Below the pieces are notes generated by a model that saw only the letters and a program-made list of their open reading frames with translations, had not been told where the DNA came from and did no database searches. Positions 1 through 13,200 of a stretch of DNA of 64,000 nucleotides are shown one piece after another. The translations under genes were made by a program, and so were the position numbers. Location of the stretch: assembly GCF_000150275.1 (NCBI RefSeq), contig NW_002060943.1, positions 10,758,209-10,822,208 on the forward strand, written 5' to 3'. Source of the stretch: Trichoplax adhaerens. Its lineage: Eukaryota; Animalia; Placozoa. Every line of letters starts with the position of its first letter. Position 1 is the first letter of the stretch.

Positions 1-72
1 AAAGTCTTTTAGAAAATTTCATTTGACTAAGACAGTTCTTTGCGTGATACTTTAATTACAATAGACTATCTG

Positions 73-122
73 NNNNNNNNNNNNNNNNNNNNNNNNNNNN
101 NNNNNNNNNNNNNNNNNNNNNN
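73..122. other. Assembly gap (50 N)
   Basis: Run of n characters. Confidence 0.99.
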
Positions 123-159
123 AACGTTTATCGCAACTGCTGGAAAAGATAAATTGATT

Positions 160-226
160 ATCATTTTGCAAAGTGCCCGGGCAGTTTGCAAAATGACCGA
201 CTTCGCATACGGTCACGTTCATATAT
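160..226 (+). repeat. End of a dispersed palindrome-array element (CATTTTGCAAAATG type)
   Basis: tcattttgcaaagtgcccgggcagtttgcaaaatgaccgacttcgcatacggtcacgttcatatat is nearly identical to 26106-26172. Confidence 0.75.
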
Positions 227-1537
227 TACCGGTAATGGCTTGTCATTACCGGTAATGACGGCCGCGTTACTACGCCATTACTACGGCATTACCGGTAATG
301 GCCAGCTATTACATGGCCCAATATCGGTAATGCTACCTTTGGGCAGGCCAATATCGGTATTGGTCGCTGAATCAAAAGGCATACATGAAGAATAAGCTAA
401 TATAGCTAATATAATTGTCACAAATCCCACTTGTGATTTGGTTAGGTCAGGTGCTATAGTAATTGTGTATGTCTTCCACTAACTTGGAAGACTTCTTCTA
501 AGGGAACACTCTTTCCTCACAGTCACACAACTACTCAGGTTTCCTTCAGACCTCTAGCACTTTTTATTCACCAGTCATTTGGTTTCTAGTCTCTACTAGT
601 TCGTCCTAGCCCGGAGCGACTACTGCCGGCGAATGGCAATTCGCTCGGTCTTTTATACCATCCCCACTCATTTGTGGGGCATACTAGTAAATTGCTCCTT
701 CCACAAATTGTATAAGTTACTATAGGGAATTACTCCCAGACAATTAACATGACTTAGTATGAGCTTGGATAGTAAACAACACTAATGAAAAACAACCAAT
801 TATGGTGCCAATCAGCGAGCCTGAGCTCAGCACCAATACATGTAATTAATTATTGGAGCAGTGCGCTCCCATAAGCTAATCTTATATTAAGACAAATACA
901 AAAATTGCTGGGCAGAGTCCAGTATTCCCACTATTGACTTCCTATATAAGTTCCAGGGTTACTTACTTGATAAACGCTCAGGAACTAGTTAAATTAACTG
1001 CATTTAGTGACGGGAAATGCCGTCACTGGGATTTCGCGACTAAAAAAAAGTGTCGGTTATATCCGTCACTGGGACTACAGGAACCAAAAAAAGTGTCGGT
1101 AATTACCGTCTACGTTTGTTCAGCATATATGATTGTATCTAGAAATCGTTTGATTTGCTTATGTTGATGTTGACCATAAACTGAGTAAAAATCTCGATTT
1201 ATGCGTTTAAAAATATTTCATAATTTGATGTGCTTACGTTGATTAGAATGCGATATTGGCAAGCCTAATGAAGACTAAGGCATTACCGATGTAATTCGAT
1301 ATGTTTACGTGGCATTTACGTTGAGTAGAATGCGATATTGGCAAGCCTAATAAAGACTTAGCCATTACCGACATTTGGTAGGCATATACCTGAGCATTAC
1401 TGGTATTGGCCAGCCCTAACGTAGCATTACCGACATTGATCAAGTAATAGCTAGGCAAGACCGGTAATGGCCAGCCCAAAGGTAGCATTACCGACATTGA
1501 TCAAGTAATAACTGGCCAATACCGGTATATATGAACT
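217..1537. mobile_element. Foldback/MITE-like element with inverted arms built from CATTACCGGTAATG-type palindromes
   Basis: Left arm ~217-365 and right arm ~1240-1537 are reverse complements: gttcatatat(t)accggta...tcggtaatgctacctttgggc(a/t)ggcca. The right arm has internal ~59- and ~80-bp tandem units. Confidence 0.6.
416..960 (-). mobile_element. LTR-like fragment nested in the foldback element (far end unresolved)
   Basis: Starts TGTCACAA like the solo LTR at 11880. Minus-strand TATAAAA (~651) and AATAAA (~563) are in LTR order. No convincing second terminus or TSD found. Confidence 0.35.
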
Positions 1538-1976
1538 ATATACCAAAATTAATACTAATTGTGATACTATGCAAGTATCTGTTCGCGAAAGATATCTACA
1601 TTACGTCATTTGTAGCATTTTTACCTATGATATTGTAAGTAATGGTCATTGACAGATTGAGCTAAGTTAGTACTGGACTTGACAGTGAAAGTGGAAAGAT
1701 AAGTATTTCGCTAACTATAAATAAATTTGCAATCCATAGTATGGAACTGCAGGACTTATTGTTATGCCTCTAGCTAAAAAGTGAATTACGTAATAAAGTA
1801 AAGTTAACAAGAAATGCAAACCATATCAATTATATCTAGACGCTTTACTGCATATATATACTTTCTTTTTACGAAAACACAGAATAGAATTAAAAAGTAA
1901 ATTGATTAATATCGCCAATCGTGATTTCACGTAATAGTATAAATAAATATTGCTTTATTAACCTCTTCATACAAAC

Positions 1977-2830
1977 CAGCTTTGCAATAGATTACGTAAT
2001 TTACGATCAATAAGTTGAGTCCCTGAATCAGGAAAGATATCTGCGCTATCAGAAGACTTTCTCTGCAAGCGAATAATACAAAGACTTCGACTCTTCGTAT
2101 TTTACATTAAACATTAATTTTAATAACTCTTTATTATACGGTATACGGCATTATTACGATACAAATACACTATGAATAGCGGTATAGATCGGTATTTGTA
2201 CTGTAGTAGATTTCTGCCTTTCACGAGTAAAACAGAGTTGGTCTCAATAGTTGGAATAAAGTAAAAGTAGCTCGACATTGTGAAGTTTGTCTTGTGACTG
2301 CAGTCTAGAAGGAGAGTTCTAGGCTTAAACTAGAATAGTATTTGACTGTAGCAACTTAGAATAGCAGAATACTCTACTATATCCTTTTTCAGGAGAGTAA
2401 TCCGTGACAAGCATTTATATATTTTTCTACAATGGTCTAAGAGTCCTTGCTAGTACGGTGCTATTAACTTTGAAGCTATCCAATAAATTAGAGGCTAATT
2501 TTACTTGCCGCTACCTAATGAAGGCAGCAGTATTTACGTACATATATATCTAGTGACTAATACAAGATAATCAGATTACAATATGTCATTATCACGGAAC
2601 GTTCCCGTGATAATCTACAATCTACCATAATTTATTTATAATCACAGTGATTCGAACTGTTAGTAACAACGCAAGACATCTAAACTAGAAACTGACTAAA
2701 TAAGGGTAAGCCAATAAATATTTTCCTAGAAGAGATATTATTTCTACTCTAATCTCTACATTACATTGTCATACAACACCGTAACACCTTACAAGAAATG
2801 TCGAAATTATTATATTAGCAGAAAGTAACA
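1977..2830 (+). repeat. Dispersed repeat family R, copy 1 (interrupted by a degenerate solo LTR)
   Basis: Colinear similarity to 11545-12760 and 19320-20230, e.g. ggctaattttacttgc.gctacct.atgaag and tatcacggaa...gtgataatctac. Confidence 0.8.
2152..2409 (+). mobile_element. Short degenerate solo LTR inserted in repeat R
   Basis: 258 bp absent from the R copy near 20040. Ends are TATTACG...CGTGACA (first G mutated), flanked by GGCAT/AGCAT (4/5 TSD), with AATAAA at ~2256. Confidence 0.55.
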
Positions 2831-4257
2831 TAACCTTATTAAGGATGGTTAAACACCGATCAAGCTCCAAATATATTACAATAACCCTAAACTAGGGTTA
2901 TATTAGATTTAATTTGACTTAATAGGAAAGCATCGACGAGGATAATCGTATCACAACCTAAATTGAATTTATATAATTAGCTTCCATAATGATAACCGAA
3001 CTTGTACTATTGTAACTTTAAAATAGAGTAAGAAGATAGTCGCTATTTACATCATTTTTGCCTAATAATCTATTTAAAAGTAATATAATGCAGTACTATT
3101 GCGGTAAATAAATATTTTAAGATAGAAAATGAGGATAAAGAAGTGCTGTTATCGAAACTGATCGGAGGTGTCTATTGAATCGAACGAAGACATTAAAACC
3201 TTGAAATAATCATAGAATAATCTGTAAATTACCAGTCTAGTTTGATTTTAATCATTTATTCAGATAGTTTTATAGATATCGACAAGACTAGGAAAATGCG
3301 CCAAGAACAATAAAAATTCATCTATGCAATTATATTTTTATCTTTTAAAATTGTTTCTTTACTCAAAGAAAGGAATAATATAAAGGAAAGCTATCACAAT
3401 CTTAATAACGGGAGTCGAAGTATATTAGGGTCTTAAATTAATTGCAAAGATGTCACTGAACCTAAAGATTTAAATTAGTCATACAACACACGAAAGCCAC
3501 TTACAACAGGCGTAGGTTAATTAATTAAGTTACTTTTATTGAAAAGATTAGCACAGGCGGCAACGAAACAGCTACTGGTACTGAACTAATAAACTCATAA
3601 TTGCATTGGCTAAGGCGGAGTATCGCAGATGGCGTAAACAACATTAATGAGCAATGAATTAATTGTATTAGTCATATGCCATAGTGTAGATATAAATTAG
3701 CTATATTAAATTTGTTGAATAAGGATAAATTAACGTAAGCGTTAGATTACATGGTTGGAGCCATTAGCTCCGTAAACAATTACATGCAGGTCTGTAGATT
3801 AATAATATTAACAATATTAGTGTTGTTATTTATAATAAAATAAAGCATGATATTTGCAAGTTTTCTCTTTATGTTTTTGGAATGGTCTATCAGTGGATGC
3901 GAGTCGATAGATTTAGTATGTGCAAATGAGTCCTTTATTATTTGTATTGTTCTAGAAAGATATTGACTTACACGTCATTACTATATTGGTTACTCATGAA
4001 AATATAATTGATAATATTGATTGCTACTCTGACCAGATAGAATTTTTTGCAATTTGTACGGTACTATTGAAATTGATATTGAATATCTATTTCCATCAAA
4101 TTTTTTGAAGGAGTAAAGGTGTCTCACAAAATCAGTCTAAAATAGTGGATGTCTTCTGCCTCTAATACAACTTCAGCAACCTCATAATATTCTTCAACAT
4201 CTACATTCGTATCCTTCTACTTACATTCCAGAAATTGCTAAAATACCCTATTACATT

Positions 4258-7200
4258 ATGAAGCTTAATTTTACCATATTTCTTTTACTTCATATGAGCA
4301 TTGATAGCTGCTGTAAAAGTGATAAAATTGACTTGTATCTTGGTGGATTTTTTCCCATCGACAACTTTGAATGGAATGCTAGTGGTCTCCTACCAGTATC
4401 TCAAATGGCAATCGACGATATTAATTCTAGAGATGATATATTACCTAATTATCGTCTGAATTTAATTGTTCGAGATACCAAGGTAAATTTATGAACTAAA
4501 ATTAGTTTAAAAATGATCCTACCGTTTTGCTTTAAAGTTTGCATCATCGTCACTACTTGGTTCTAAATACTTAAATAATATAAGAAAGTTCATGTTATAG
4601 CAAATTTTTGCCATTGATATCAACTCCTTTATATCATTTATTTCTTCGTAAAGGCTGTGGCTACGTTAGGTGTTAAAATCTTATTCGATTTCATCCAGCT
4701 GCCGCCAACGAAAATAATGCTTTTAGGCTCTGGTTTTACTCGTGTTACATCCGCAATAGCTGGAGTAGCAAAATATTTCAACTTAATTCAGGTTGGTTTT
4801 CGTCAAATATACGAAACTTTCACAATAATATTCGATTTATGCGTTAAGACTTATCTTCTGATATAATTGTATTGAACATTAGTAATAACTAGTGAGCATT
4901 AAGCATCATTTATCAATATCTTTTTTAGTCAAACTAAGGCAATATTAAGATCCTCACAAAGTAGGTAGTTTAATCTTAGAGTCCTTTTGATAATCGTTGG
5001 GAGAGAGTCAAAAAATCTTAGCTTTATCCAATTTGTACTTTACTATTCAGTTTTCTGTTTAATATTTCAAAATTAAATATTGCATTATTAATTTAATAAA
5101 CAAGTTCAGATTCGAGATATTATCATAACCATCAGCTTCTTATTGCCGAAACAATCTTTAATTGACACTTATTTCGTCAAACAATCCTAGCAAGTCTTCT
5201 GTTCTCTTAATTACTAACGCTTGAAAATTACACGCCCTCTTTTCTTCAGAACCATTTCATTAATACCATAGATGGAAATGCACCATATTATGTCCAAGTA
5301 ATTTCATTTACCTGGTATTTATTATACTTTGAAATATTATGACCGAAAGCGCTAAAAATATCGTAACTTGATAACATCTCCTCAATAGATTAATAGTTGT
5401 GCATATTTCGTAATTAATCCGTGGCATTTACAACAGTTTAGTACTCTATTTGTTAGGTAGAAATTAATTTCCAAGGAAGTAATATTGCATAAACACATTG
5501 GTATTCATTTTTTACTAAAATATTTGGTCATTGGACAACTATTTACAGCATCAACTTGCAAGATTGATAAAATACGCAATACGCTAGAAGCTAGTGAATT
5601 TGGCTCTAGTTTCACTCACACATATTTTGTGGATCGAGACTATTTTTGGGCATATAGTAATTAGCAATAATTAAATCTAATCCAGAAATGCAGTATAACT
5701 AATTAGTAGGATAATCGATCATTGCCACGTACAGTACTAATTATTGCATAGGTAGCAAACAATATTAGAATCTGTCTTAACTTGTGTTGATAAAAATTTA
5801 CCACTTTTGAAAATCCTAACGTAATCTCTTCATAATAATATACAATAAAATACGATTATAATTTGATATCATCTAGAGATAGATTTGGTGTTTACATCAG
5901 AATTTAGTACGGTATGTTAATTCGGTCAATTAGAGCTATTATGTTTAGAGAACGTGTCCTTAAATTGTGAAAATAAATAAGAAATCTAATTTTGCCTGTC
6001 TTGATCATTACTGATCTTAAGAGTTAAGGTAAAAATAGATTAAGGGGATACAGTTACCTAGCACTTTTAGATCCTGTTACCGATAGTAATAGTCATATCA
6101 TCTGCTTTAATGATCAGTCGATTTACAACAGGCGCAGCGACTGGTATTTAACCTACCACATCATTTGCATTACATTAATAAATTAACAAATTTATTCTCG
6201 TGCCATATAAATGATTTAGGAATACTGTATGTCATGATTTAAAATGCAAAACTGATTGCATTAGTACAGTGATACTGTTTGGCTAATCTATACTCATATA
6301 AATTTTTACGGTATTTAAAAAGAAACGAACTATCAGTATATAGGTATAGAAGTCGTTAACTTTAATGAGTGAGGACAGGATGATTATACCTCACGGCGTA
6401 GTAATATCGAGATAAATTCCATTCGATTATCACATATGAATATTAAGTTCTTTCAATCTAGCAACTTATTCATTCCCGTACAAACAATTTTAAATCGCAA
6501 CATTTCATGAGAATAAACCCGCATCCAAATAAGTTCCTACCTTACACACGATTCGATCAAGATAAAATGATCTAAATATGAAAGAATTTATATAGCTACT
6601 TAGTAAATTTAAAATGTAGCTTCTCTGAACTATTTATATTTTATTACGGAAGGAGATACAGGGCTGATTTCTGCTGAAAAAGAGTATACAATAGGATCTC
6701 AAATGAATCTTCGGATATCACATTTCTTATATGCAGAATACGATTTTGCTCATATTTAAATTGAATAGCTAAATTGTAATAGCTCTAACATTAAACATAA
6801 TCTGCAAGCATACACACAATTGATTCTCTAATCGCCAATAGCGGAAGTCTGCATCCACCTGTAATGTAACTTAGTATTGATTGTAGACTGTTAGCCATGT
6901 GTAGTATAATGTACGGTAGATATTTATCCTAAGAGATATTTGGTAGCTGTAACTATAGACTGTAGCGGTAGAGACTCTATGCTAGAGTACAGATGACTAT
7001 ATACAGTAAGCTGTTGAGTTACTAATATGGCTATAGGTAAAAATAGAACTGTAAATCATATATTAGGATATGGTTAATTCATTGTACTTTGGCTGGTGTG
7101 AATAATGTCTACGTAAGTACTGTAGTCGTATCCATATTGGATTAATGATGGTCCGCAGTAGAATAGTCTTACTAAGAATAATTTAACTATGTGTAAAATA

Positions 7201-10200
7201 AGGTAAAAGGTTGTCATGCGGATTGTAGCTGCGAATGCTACGGAAAGTATAAAAGCATGCAACTTTAGATTATTCTGTTAGTTCGTTGTAGAAGTCTTTA
7301 GAAGTAGTATTCGGCTAGAGTAGAGCTGTGTAGTTAATCTTTGTATAAGATTCAATAAAGCCCTTATTTTTCTAAAATTTGGAATTTCGTGATTGGTATA
7401 TATCACACCACCCTTAACTTTGAAATTAAATAACATACGCGTAAATCAGTTACGGTACGGCACGTTAATTAATATTGCCTTTCATCTTTGATATCATACT
7501 GTCTGAAAGTAGTATTATTCATGAATTAAAGCTACCGGTAGGGTTTACACATATTTTATTCTTTTGAATATACCGTAGAATTTTAAAATACTTTGTCCCA
7601 GCTATCGAAGAACCGGCCATATTTGACTGTTCACTGCAATCTTACGCCTTACATATTGCAGTATTCGCGGCATGGAAGAATGCGAGATAATATACGTCAG
7701 ATTACAGCAATTGACTACCGTAGTAGCTTCCGCTCGGTCATGAATCGATTTTTCTACAAATTATGGCGGTATTCGATGCTATAATTTTAATCAAAGAATG
7801 TCAAATACGGTACTGTGTTAGTTAGAGCTTTCCTTTCAAGTACCGTAACATAAATTAATGTCGATCGAGGGATATCTCATCCGTAATTAACAGAGGTGTT
7901 TGTATTAAAATCTTAACTAAAAATACCCATATATGTATTCAAGATCGGCATTTCGGATTAATTTAAAATAACGAATATGTGCGTATTCTAATTATTTACG
8001 TTAATGCACGTATGTGGGAAAATCGTATATAAGCAATATTGATGTCAAGTAATTATAAAAATAATCCACCATGTTTATCAGCAAAGAATCTTATAAATGT
8101 TATTATTACATGATTGCCGAATACGATCTAGATTAACCAGGACATTTGATTGCTGAGAGTTTAAAATGAACGAATACTTTTATTTAGAAAGTCTATTCCC
8201 ACACCTCTTGTCACAACTTGCCAGCAGCGACAAAAAATTTCGATTTATGAAATTCATTAATAAGTTTTAAGGGCCGGCAATGATTCTAGTACAATAGAAG
8301 ATCGCTTACTCGAAGTAAATGCGTAGACGTATATGCCTATAATTTATAGATTTCTGATTTAACACAATTGTATCATCGCAATCAAAGAGGTTCAATTTGC
8401 TTACCCTAGCTGACGAGATTTATTAATTTATTTGATGATAAGCCATTTACTAATTTATTACCGGTAACCTGTTAATTAGTCAATCATAAGCAAAGGTTAT
8501 AACTAATTCCCTATCTTGTATTTGTTCATATTAGACAACATACTCTTCCGAGGGTGTCTTACTGTCTGATAAAAGTAAATATCCATTTGTGTTCCGAACA
8601 TGCTTTTCCATTAATGCTTGGAGTTTACCTCAGATAATACTACTCAAGCATTTTAATTGGACGAGAGTAGCCACGCTGACCAGAAGAAGCGATCTATACG
8701 ATGCAGTAAATCTCGTTTTGTTTATTGATATTCTTAAAAAATGTAAAACATGGTATTACTAATTATGTTAGCCATTTTTCTTCAATAATTGTATTTTATA
8801 AACTAAAGAAATATCTTCTTTAATTTAATGCAGTTTATCTGTAGTAATAGAAAATTCACACTGTCCAAGCAAGTTATAGCTTTATGTTTTAAGCTAATCA
8901 CTAATTTTTGTACACTACTGGTACTACTGGTATTTAATACCTTGCTATAATTTTTAGAGTACGGAGAGATTATTAAGTGAACTCCATCGAGCAAAAATTG
9001 AAGTAATTGCCGAAGAAGGACTTATCACTGGCACTAATTCCAGTCGCCAGATTAAAATCTTAAAGGTCGGTAATAATTATAGTACTTGATTTAAATAGCT
9101 ATTACGATGAAAGAAAGTCATTCAGCTAGAATAATATACCAGATTGACTCTTTTACACAATAACAGCATTAAGCTAGATTGTGAGATATTTCTACCTAGT
9201 AATGTAAATAAAGCACTTCTTAGCTTTCCTTATCGCGAGCTGAACACGACAAGTAGAAAAAATTAGAAAACATAAAAAACGTCGTCTGATGTAGAAATTT
9301 GTCATGTACTCATACTTTTACAATAATACGGGTATACGCGTATGCTCTATCCGCCTTGGCCAAAGTTGGTTTACCTATTTTAATAGGCCGACATTACGCC
9401 AAAATACATCCTTAATATAGATACAGATCGCGTCAAATTAATACTATAGTTGAGGTTTTCTATATCTGTATCTTGAAACGTCGTGAATTGCATTTAAAAG
9501 GCAAGAGTAAGTAGCACAAAAGACAGCATTTTTGTATCAAATCTTCGAGTGTTTTCCATTAGGAATATCAATATTTTTTCTCGCGTCCATTTTAATCCAT
9601 GTATTACATTGTTAACATCCTCTAGAGATAGCAGCAATAAAATTCGTAATCATAGCAAGTAGTGTAGATAAATTCATAAGTATCGTACTGTATAAGAAAG
9701 ATATCTAAAGTATGATATAAGGTGTAAATGTTCTTATACGTTAAAATTTATGATTTTCAGTTAAGGTGGCTTTAATGATTATTGAGACTAGCTTTTAGTA
9801 CCAGTATGGCTATAGCATTGTTACGGTGTTGCCTTGTCATTAGGATAGTTTAATAAGTACAGTAGTAGCTAGTATGGAGAATATCCATATTTGTAGTGCT
9901 AGGTAAGATAAGTAATGCCTTAACGTGGATGTTGTTTGTTATAGTTCATTACATACTTGATGTTGATTGTTATTGTGTGACAGATAGCAGTAAGATGATT
10001 CAAGTTTTAGTTGATGATAGTTGAATTAGACAACCTACGAGCTTAGATTAAGATTAATTATGAGTAAGAGATTCAAAATATTTACTGATAGAAAAGCTAT
10101 GTAAGGAACATCTCAGTTCGAGATGTTTCTCCTAGTAAGATATAATAATAATACTGTTGTTGTTTACAAATTAGACGGTTCCTATATAAACGGGAACATT

Positions 10201-13200
10201 TGAGTTGAGTGGTGTGGTAAAAAGATGTAGATGTATCTTTGCTAATAAAAGTTTTATCTTTACAGTCTTTTACTATGTGTGTTTAACGTTAAGTAAACGG
10301 GCGTTTAAGTCAGTAGCTACTTATAGACTTTTACTGTACGTTACCTTGTCGCAGAAGTGAAATTGTGACAAGCATTCACAAATAGAAGTTTTTAAGATCG
10401 TTATTCACATTATAAACAATTTTATTTATTGTATAATTAGGTCAGGACAATTTTTAAGTAATATAGTTTTCATTCGGTAGCTTGAGCAAATACATTATCT
10501 AAGATGTAATTCAATAAACACCCGGACTACTGTATAGTAATAATAAATATTAACTTAAAAATAATAAATATATTTGGCTTAATATGTAATTATGATAGAT
10601 TTATACACAATCAGTTTAGCTTGGAACGATTCTTTGCTAAAAGCTTCTTCATTATACTGAAATAATAATGTACATCATGAGGAATATGGATGTAGAAAAC
10701 AAAAATTTTGCAGTTAATCTTTCTTCGTAATTGATTGCTCTATTGAATTAAAATTAAACCAAAACTTGCTTTAAAGCATGTAGTGAACCTATTTTCTCGC
10801 ATATCATAACAGAAAAGTGACGCCCGGATAATTATAGCGTATCTACAAGAAGAAGACGCCATTGAGGTATTTTGCCAGGTTGGTCAAGTAGGCATAGTTA
10901 ATTTTGTTATAAGGTTAATCATTGCTCAGATACAAAGTATATCAATGTTATTAGTCTACTATCCTGCAACCTAGAGATTGCAACTGCTTGTTCGAGGCGA
11001 GCTGATTCTATGATTTATACGAGCGAGTTATGCACTAGTAGATTTTCAAATTTAAAGAGAAATTGACCATTTATATATCCAAGATATCAAAATATTGTTA
11101 ATTAATCTTTCCTAAAATAGATGCTAGCATAAGCTCTAAGATTTACAGCATATTTAAATGATAAATACATCCTAGTACTTTAGATTATACTGTTTTACAT
11201 TTGTTTCATCAATCGGTCTAATACATTTCTATCATTCTATGATATATTTGAAAAGATGTAGTCAATAATTTCAATTGAATCATCTTTCGCATATATAGGC
11301 TTATAAACATCAAATGTACGGACCGAATTATGTTTGGATCATACCTAATTATTTTTCTAATACATTTTGGAGCAAAGCAACAAAGTTCAAATATGTTGAC
11401 TGCACCCCGGAAGAAATTGCGATATCGGCAAATTATTCCTTATCAATAAGCTTCGCTGCAATAAATGTCGTTACAAATAAAACCATATCTGGAATGGTAA
11501 ATTTAAAAAATTTTTAATTAAAGCTGTTAATAATATTACCTGATGTTACAGTCAATAAGTCAAGTCCCTGAACTATATAAAGGGGAACAATGTCTGCGAT
11601 ACGGGGAACACATCTCCGCTAATGATCAACACGCAGACTTAGAGGTCTCGTATTTTTAACTAAACACTAGTGCAAACTCCCGTCGCTTTGCTGACGGTTT
11701 ACGATAATGTGCTCATTTAACAGATAGTATTACCATTTGATAGACCTGTCAGAGGTTCAATAACTTTATACCGTAGTTAGTAATATTAACTTTGCAGCCT
11801 TCCAATAAGTCAAAGGCTAATTTTACTTGCTGCTACCTGATGAAGATAATAGTATTTGCGAATACAGATACCTAGAGACTGTCACAATTTCAACTCTACG
11901 ACAAGGAAACGTACAGTAAAAGTCTGTAAATAACTACCGACTTTAATGCCCTTTTACCAAACGTTAAGCATACTCAGCGAAGCACCGTAAAGATAGAACT
12001 TTTATTAGCGTAGATAATGTACATCTACAACATTTCACCACACAACTCAACTCAAATGCTCCCATTTATATAGAAACTATCTAATTTGTAAACTACAGTA
12101 TTATTATTATACCTTACTAGGAGAGACATCTGGAACTGAGATGTTCCTTACATAGCTTTTCTATCAGTAAAATTTTTAATCTCTTACTCATACTTAATCT
12201 TAATCTAAGTATGTATGTTATCTAATTAAGCTATCAATAGCTAGAACTTGAATCATCCTACTATGATCTATGAATAGGAACAATCAATATCAAATATGTA
12301 ATAAAATATCAACAAATGATATCCACGTTAAGACCTTACTTATCTTACCTATTACTTCAAATATGGATAGTTTCTATATTAGTTACTACTGTACTTATTA
12401 AACTATCCTAACTGTAAGGTAACACCGCAACAGAGACTTATACAAGATAGCCAGGTTAAAATAAGTTATTATCACGGAATATTCACGTGATAATCTACTA
12501 GTATAATTTATCATAAGTCAGTTATAATCACGATGATTCAGGCTGTAAGTAGATTATTCTTAACTCCCTTATTTAACCATTAATTTCGGTATGTATGTTA
12601 CGGCCATTCTTAAGACTGATGTTGTCCTTAAGGTCAGTCACGGTCTTTGCTAAGACATTAATCATTCCTAAGAATGGCCGACCAATCCTAGGAATGATCG
12701 GCAATTCCTAAATTATTTCCACTCTAATCTCTATATTGCAATTTTATAACACTGTACCAGCTAAATTTTATATTACGGAATATGTAAAGTCTCGCATTTT
12801 GTCTGTATAATTATAATGAAAAAATTTATCCTTGAGATTACGATAGAACTCACTCATGATAATTATTAAATTACGTATTATTATCACGCATTACTTGATT
12901 CAATACTACAAATAAACACTGTTACATTATTACTTGACGATTTATAAATTACTACTAACCGACTGTTTATCTTACGAATTTAGACGCCGAATAACTTTAA
13001 CATTCGCTATAATAACTGGCCAACTATCGTTAATCAAACCTATTATCCCAATAGTTATGCTGCTTTTGCTTACGATTCTATTTGGGCGGAAGCGATGGCT
13101 ATGAATAACTCAATTAAACGATTAGCCGAGCTTAACCGGACGTTAGAAGATTTTCACTACGGCGATAGAGAGATGTCACGAATACTTAAGGAAGAGATGT

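Larger units (their letters stand above)
11545..12760 (+). repeat. Dispersed repeat family R, copy 2 (hosts a Helitron end, a solo LTR and a palindrome array)
   Basis: Removing 11880-12437 restores ctagagac-ttatacaagata, colinear with ctagtgactaatacaagata in copy 1. Confidence 0.75.

Noticed and set aside
186-1497. ORFs 186-395 and 1243-1497 sharing SVMLPLG; CRISPR-like look of the palindrome arrays
   Set aside because: They are translations of inverted repeat arms. There are no unique regular spacers or cas genes, and the context is eukaryotic.
7074-7262. 62-aa ORF repeated at 24161-24349
   Set aside because: TTG start, antisense within solo LTR family A; the similarity reflects recent LTR copying, not protein conservation.
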